Below the pieces are notes generated by a model. That model was given only the letters and a program-made list of their open reading frames with translations. It was not told where the DNA came from and did no database searches. DNA of 64,000 bases from Trypanosoma brucei (taxonomy: Eukaryota): assembly GCA_000002445.1 (NCBI GenBank), contig CP000067.1:1504001-1568000 (forward strand), in the 5' to 3' direction. The position numbers were made by a program, and so were the translations under genes. This document shows, piece after piece, positions 60,788 to 64,000 of the stretch; positions within the stretch are counted from its first letter, which is position 1, and each line of letters starts with the position of its first letter.

Positions 60788-62227
60788 TTATCCTAGAAAC
60801 AAAAACTGCAAGCAAAAAAGGGCCTTGTTAATAATAAATAAATTTCTTCCTGTGGCGTTTTGGGTACCTTGTGTTCCTGCTCCTTCCACTTTCACTTCCT
60901 CTTTTTCTACGCATTTTCCACCTTTTAATTCACATTTTCCACTTTTGCACTCATCTTTGCTTTTGGTTTTGCAATCATTTTCTTCTTGGTCAGAGCCATC
61001 TTGCGCCTGAGTCTTGCTTGGCTGTTTTTTTTCACGTATTAGTTTCGCTGCACTGTAGTACCCCGCTGCTCGAAGGACTTTGATGGTTGGACCTACTTTG
61101 TTTAGAGCTACTGGTTTGTCTTCTCCAATAGAGCTTCCTGAAACCTCAATACTGTCTAGCAGATCTAGTACCCACCTTTGGAAGTCATTGCTTGTTTCGC
61201 CATAAAGTGTTTTTTCTAGGGTATCTACTTGGTTTTTAATTGTGGCTGTCGAGTATTTGGCATCTTCTTTGACTAAAGCTGTTGCCATTCTTTGTCGAAA
61301 TTCCGCAGTTGTTGTCATCGTGAACGCTTTGTCGGCAGTGAATATGTACGGCAGGTCTGCGACGTTGTCCTCTAGCTCTTTAACGTCCTTCAGGAGCTGT
61401 GTTAGCTCAGTTTTTATGGGGATTGCGTTGCTTGCTTCGCCGTCCGTTGCTGCGTATTCACCGCCCTCGGCCACTTTGCGCTTGAAAGTGATGGCTGCTG
61501 TTGTGAGTGGTTTGCCTTGCAAGAGCATCATGTTGCTTGTTCCGCTGGACTTGTCATGGCATTGTTCGGTGGTTGCCGTCGTCCCCGCTGTGTAGCACAG
61601 TCGTGGGCCCTGTGTTAGTGTCGTAGTGTGCGGCGTTACCTTTAACTGTGACATTACAATGTTGTTTGTACCGTCTGCTGCTTGGCCGCCGCCGGGTACT
61701 GGCTGTCTTGTGTTATCGGCACTGAAGCACGCCCGGAATGTCTTGATGTTTAGGTTGAGTGATATTGCGTCGCCGTTATTGGCACTTATGAAACTTGCGA
61801 CAGCTGCTGCCTCTTTTCGTTCGATCGCTGTTAATTCTAGGTCCCCCACAATGTCTTGTTGGGTTGACAAAGCCTGTAGGCTCCGGATCCCGCGAATTAA
61901 TGCCGGTCCTTTGAACTGCAGGTTTTGTAAAGCGTTAGCTGCATCTTCAGCTACTGTCGCAGCTAATAAAACCAGTCCCGCTCCTTGTTGACTCCCGATC
62001 TTGTTTCCCGCTGCCGCCAATTTTGTGGCCATTTGCCATGCGGTGTTTGTTGCTTGCATGCTGTTTGTAAAAGCCGCAGAAGCTTCGCCCGCCATATGGT
62101 CGAGGTACGCCGCCGTGTCGCACGCTGTTGTTATTTTGGCATCGCGCTTGTGCAAGTCTGATGCCGCTGCCGCGATAGTTATTGCGAAAAAAGCTGTGAA
62201 CTGTTGCTTTATTGCCATTTTGCGCAC
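60788..62227 (-). CDS. VSG: variant surface glycoprotein, intact ORF (479 aa)
   Basis: The ORF has a signal peptide (MRKMAIKQQFTAFFAITIAAAASD) and a Cys-rich C-terminal domain (ENDCKTKSKDECKSGKCELKGGKCVEKEE). It ends NATGRNLFIINKALFCLQFLFLG, a GPI-signal-like hydrophobic tail. Confidence 0.8.
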   Translation of the reverse strand: MRKMAIKQQFTAFFAITIAAAASDLHKRDAKITTACDTAAYLDHMAGEASAAFTNSMQATNTAWQMATKLAAAGNKIGSQQGAGLVLLAATVAEDAANALQNLQFKGPALIRGIRSLQALSTQQDIVGDLELTAIERKEAAAVASFISANNGDAISLNLNIKTFRACFSADNTRQPVPGGGQAADGTNNIVMSQLKVTPHTTTLTQGPRLCYTAGTTATTEQCHDKSSGTSNMMLLQGKPLTTAAITFKRKVAEGGEYAATDGEASNAIPIKTELTQLLKDVKELEDNVADLPYIFTADKAFTMTTTAEFRQRMATALVKEDAKYSTATIKNQVDTLEKTLYGETSNDFQRWVLDLLDSIEVSGSSIGEDKPVALNKVGPTIKVLRAAGYYSAAKLIREKKQPSKTQAQDGSDQEENDCKTKSKDECKSGKCELKGGKCVEKEEVKVEGAGTQGTQNATGRNLFIINKALFCLQFLFLG

Positions 62228-64000
62228 CTAACTGATTATTAGATTTTTTGTTGCTTGGCTGCTACAGCTGTGAATAATGATAGGTTGAGTTGTTTTGTTC
62301 ATCTCGAGTGTTAATGTTGATGTTTGTTCGGAAATTAATGCGGTAATGTGACTTTGGTGCCGGATAGATTTTTCAGCGCTCTTTCAGTTTGACATTTTGC
62401 TTTAATGAAATAAGCATTCTTTGGTTTTCACTGGCCATCGCGTAGCGGAGCGTTTGCTTTTTTTCTAGCGGTACGGTGCCTTCCGTTTCCGATGCCGACT
62501 GCAGCACGATTAGTGCCCTTTTTACCACTTTTAGCCGATCTCTGTTTGAAGAAATGCTTTGATAAACGGGTGTTTCGGAAAAATGAAAGAGTAGCGTTAC
62601 GGGTAAATTGTGGTTTCGAGCTAGTGTCGTTGTGTGTCTTTTGTACCCTTGGCCGCTGTTCTGTTCAAGCGTCATGACACGCGGTTTTATGGTATAGTTC
62701 TTTTCTGGAGTTGTTGTCGCGTATCGACAACAGTGGCTGTTGAAATAAATATGAGGGTTACTATGGGAAGTATCAGTGATGTCGATATATATATTTTAAA
62801 TGCTTTAACTCCTCAACTAAGATCCTTGTATTTCACGTTTGGGTCGCCCATGCTCACGGTACGCTCAGTGGCTCGCGAACCCTGATGGTATTGCGAATTT
62901 TGTACAAAAGTATATCTTATTAAGCTAATATATTTCTGTATGTTAATCTGATTTGTATAATAAAGCATCTCTATCTATGACATTTAAAATTCAATGTCAC
63001 TATATACTTTTACTGTATTCCATTTATTGTTTCGTGCGCGCAGCAACAATTACAAAATTACGAGGCCGCTTTTGTTCTACAAACGTCTGTTCTTATTTCG
63101 CACTGTTACTCCTGTTTATTGTCTGTTTTTATGTCATATTCTTCCAAATTGTCGCCAGGACAGCACCATTTTGGTTTTATTTTCCCTTATAATGTCTATC
63201 AGTTCCACCTCAGTGTATATTGTTATGTTAATAAGTTGTTAATTGAATTGGCTTAACGCTTTGTCATTGAGCCAATAGGGGAGTGGAAGAGTATCAACAC
63301 TAATTCTTTCTAATTCTTAGACATCCTTCACCACCTCATATATGAGGTACTTTAAGACGTTTCTGCACTTTTATTGTTCTATTCCTTTCTAAGATAATTT
63401 CTTAGTCTTCATAGTTTTCTAAAAAAAATCATCTGATAATATTAAATTGCTTCCCACCAATGTTGACCATTATCACTATGTCTGATGAGAACATGACTTT
63501 AAAACTATTTTACACATGAAAACCCCGTTTTTCTTTTTTATTTTTCTTTACAGCTGGATACTAGAATTCACAATAATGTTAAAAAGCACAGTCTTTACAG
63601 TCATCTGTGCAGCAAAATATATTCATTTTTGAGTAAATTGTGGATCTGCTTCAGTTATTTATCCTCTGCCATTTCTTCTGTGATATACTGTTGTGCTTTA
63701 ACTTTTTGAAGTCTGAAATTTCTTTCTTATATCCTTTTTTATCTTAGTTTCTGCATATAACGTAGCGATCCACTCTCCTCCTACATTTCCCTCTGTCTCT
63801 ACCTCATTGTTCACTCCATCACCTTCTGAATATAATTATTTACATATTAATATTTGTGTTTGAAGAAATACGTATACCAACTCTTTTTAAATCTTTTTCT
63901 TCTCTATTTTTTAAAAATAATATTAACTTTTATCTCTCCAATTCACCATCACTTTATTAGTCCTCTATCACCTTTGCCATTTTTAACTGCTTTTAGTTTG

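Noticed and set aside
1-64000. Prokaryote-style novel system (operon, CRISPR array, toxin-antitoxin or defence island)
   Set aside because: The window is eukaryotic trypanosome subtelomere. The regularly spaced repeats are 70-bp VSG recombination repeats, not CRISPR. There are no Shine-Dalgarno-linked gene clusters, and all large ORFs belong to the VSG, glycosyltransferase or ingi families.

Overview
This window reads as a subtelomeric silent VSG (variant surface glycoprotein) gene array from an African trypanosome of the Trypanosoma brucei group. It is eukaryotic, not prokaryotic. I found no operons, CRISPR arrays or defence islands, and I do not see a candidate previously undescribed system here. 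The identification rests on four things seen directly in the sequence. First, about 16 VSG genes or fragments are spaced 3-4 kb apart, all on the minus strand. They are Ala/Thr/Lys-rich secreted proteins with Cys-rich C-terminal domains and canonical GPI-signal tails (e.g. ...GSNSFVINKAPLWLAVLLL, ...SSILVNKHFALSVVSAAFVALLF). Second, each VSG has a short AT-rich 3' UTR carrying the conserved 16-mer (TGATATATTTTAACAC on the VSG strand; perfect copies at 11731-11746 and 37409-37424). Third, a 70-bp-repeat-type motif lies 200-400 bp downstream of each VSG, i.e. 1-2.7 kb upstream of the next one. It consists of TAA/TGA-like triplet runs plus GAGAGTGTTGTGAGTGTGTATA, seen here as its reverse complement. 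Fourth, an ingi-family non-LTR retrotransposon sits on the plus strand (46027-~50985). It has the Pr77/RIME 5' hallmark, a DVEENPGP 2A-like peptide, and AP-endonuclease, RT, RNase H and C2H2 zinc-finger regions. Only 4 of the ~16 VSGs have intact reading frames (4151-5599, 11810-13360, 17320-18795, 60788-62227). The rest are pseudogenes with frameshifts or in-frame stops, or are C-terminal fragments, which is the expected composition of the VSG archive. Two beta-1,3-glycosyltransferase-like genes lie in the 5' flank of VSG units: one nearly intact (2459-3271) and one frameshifted (43117-44229). The most unusual structural feature is an interstitial (CCCTAA)n telomeric tract (11498-11590) next to an intact VSG. 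It sits inside an ~0.9 kb telomere-type 3'-flank block that is duplicated, in more degenerate form, beside a second VSG (36800-37470).
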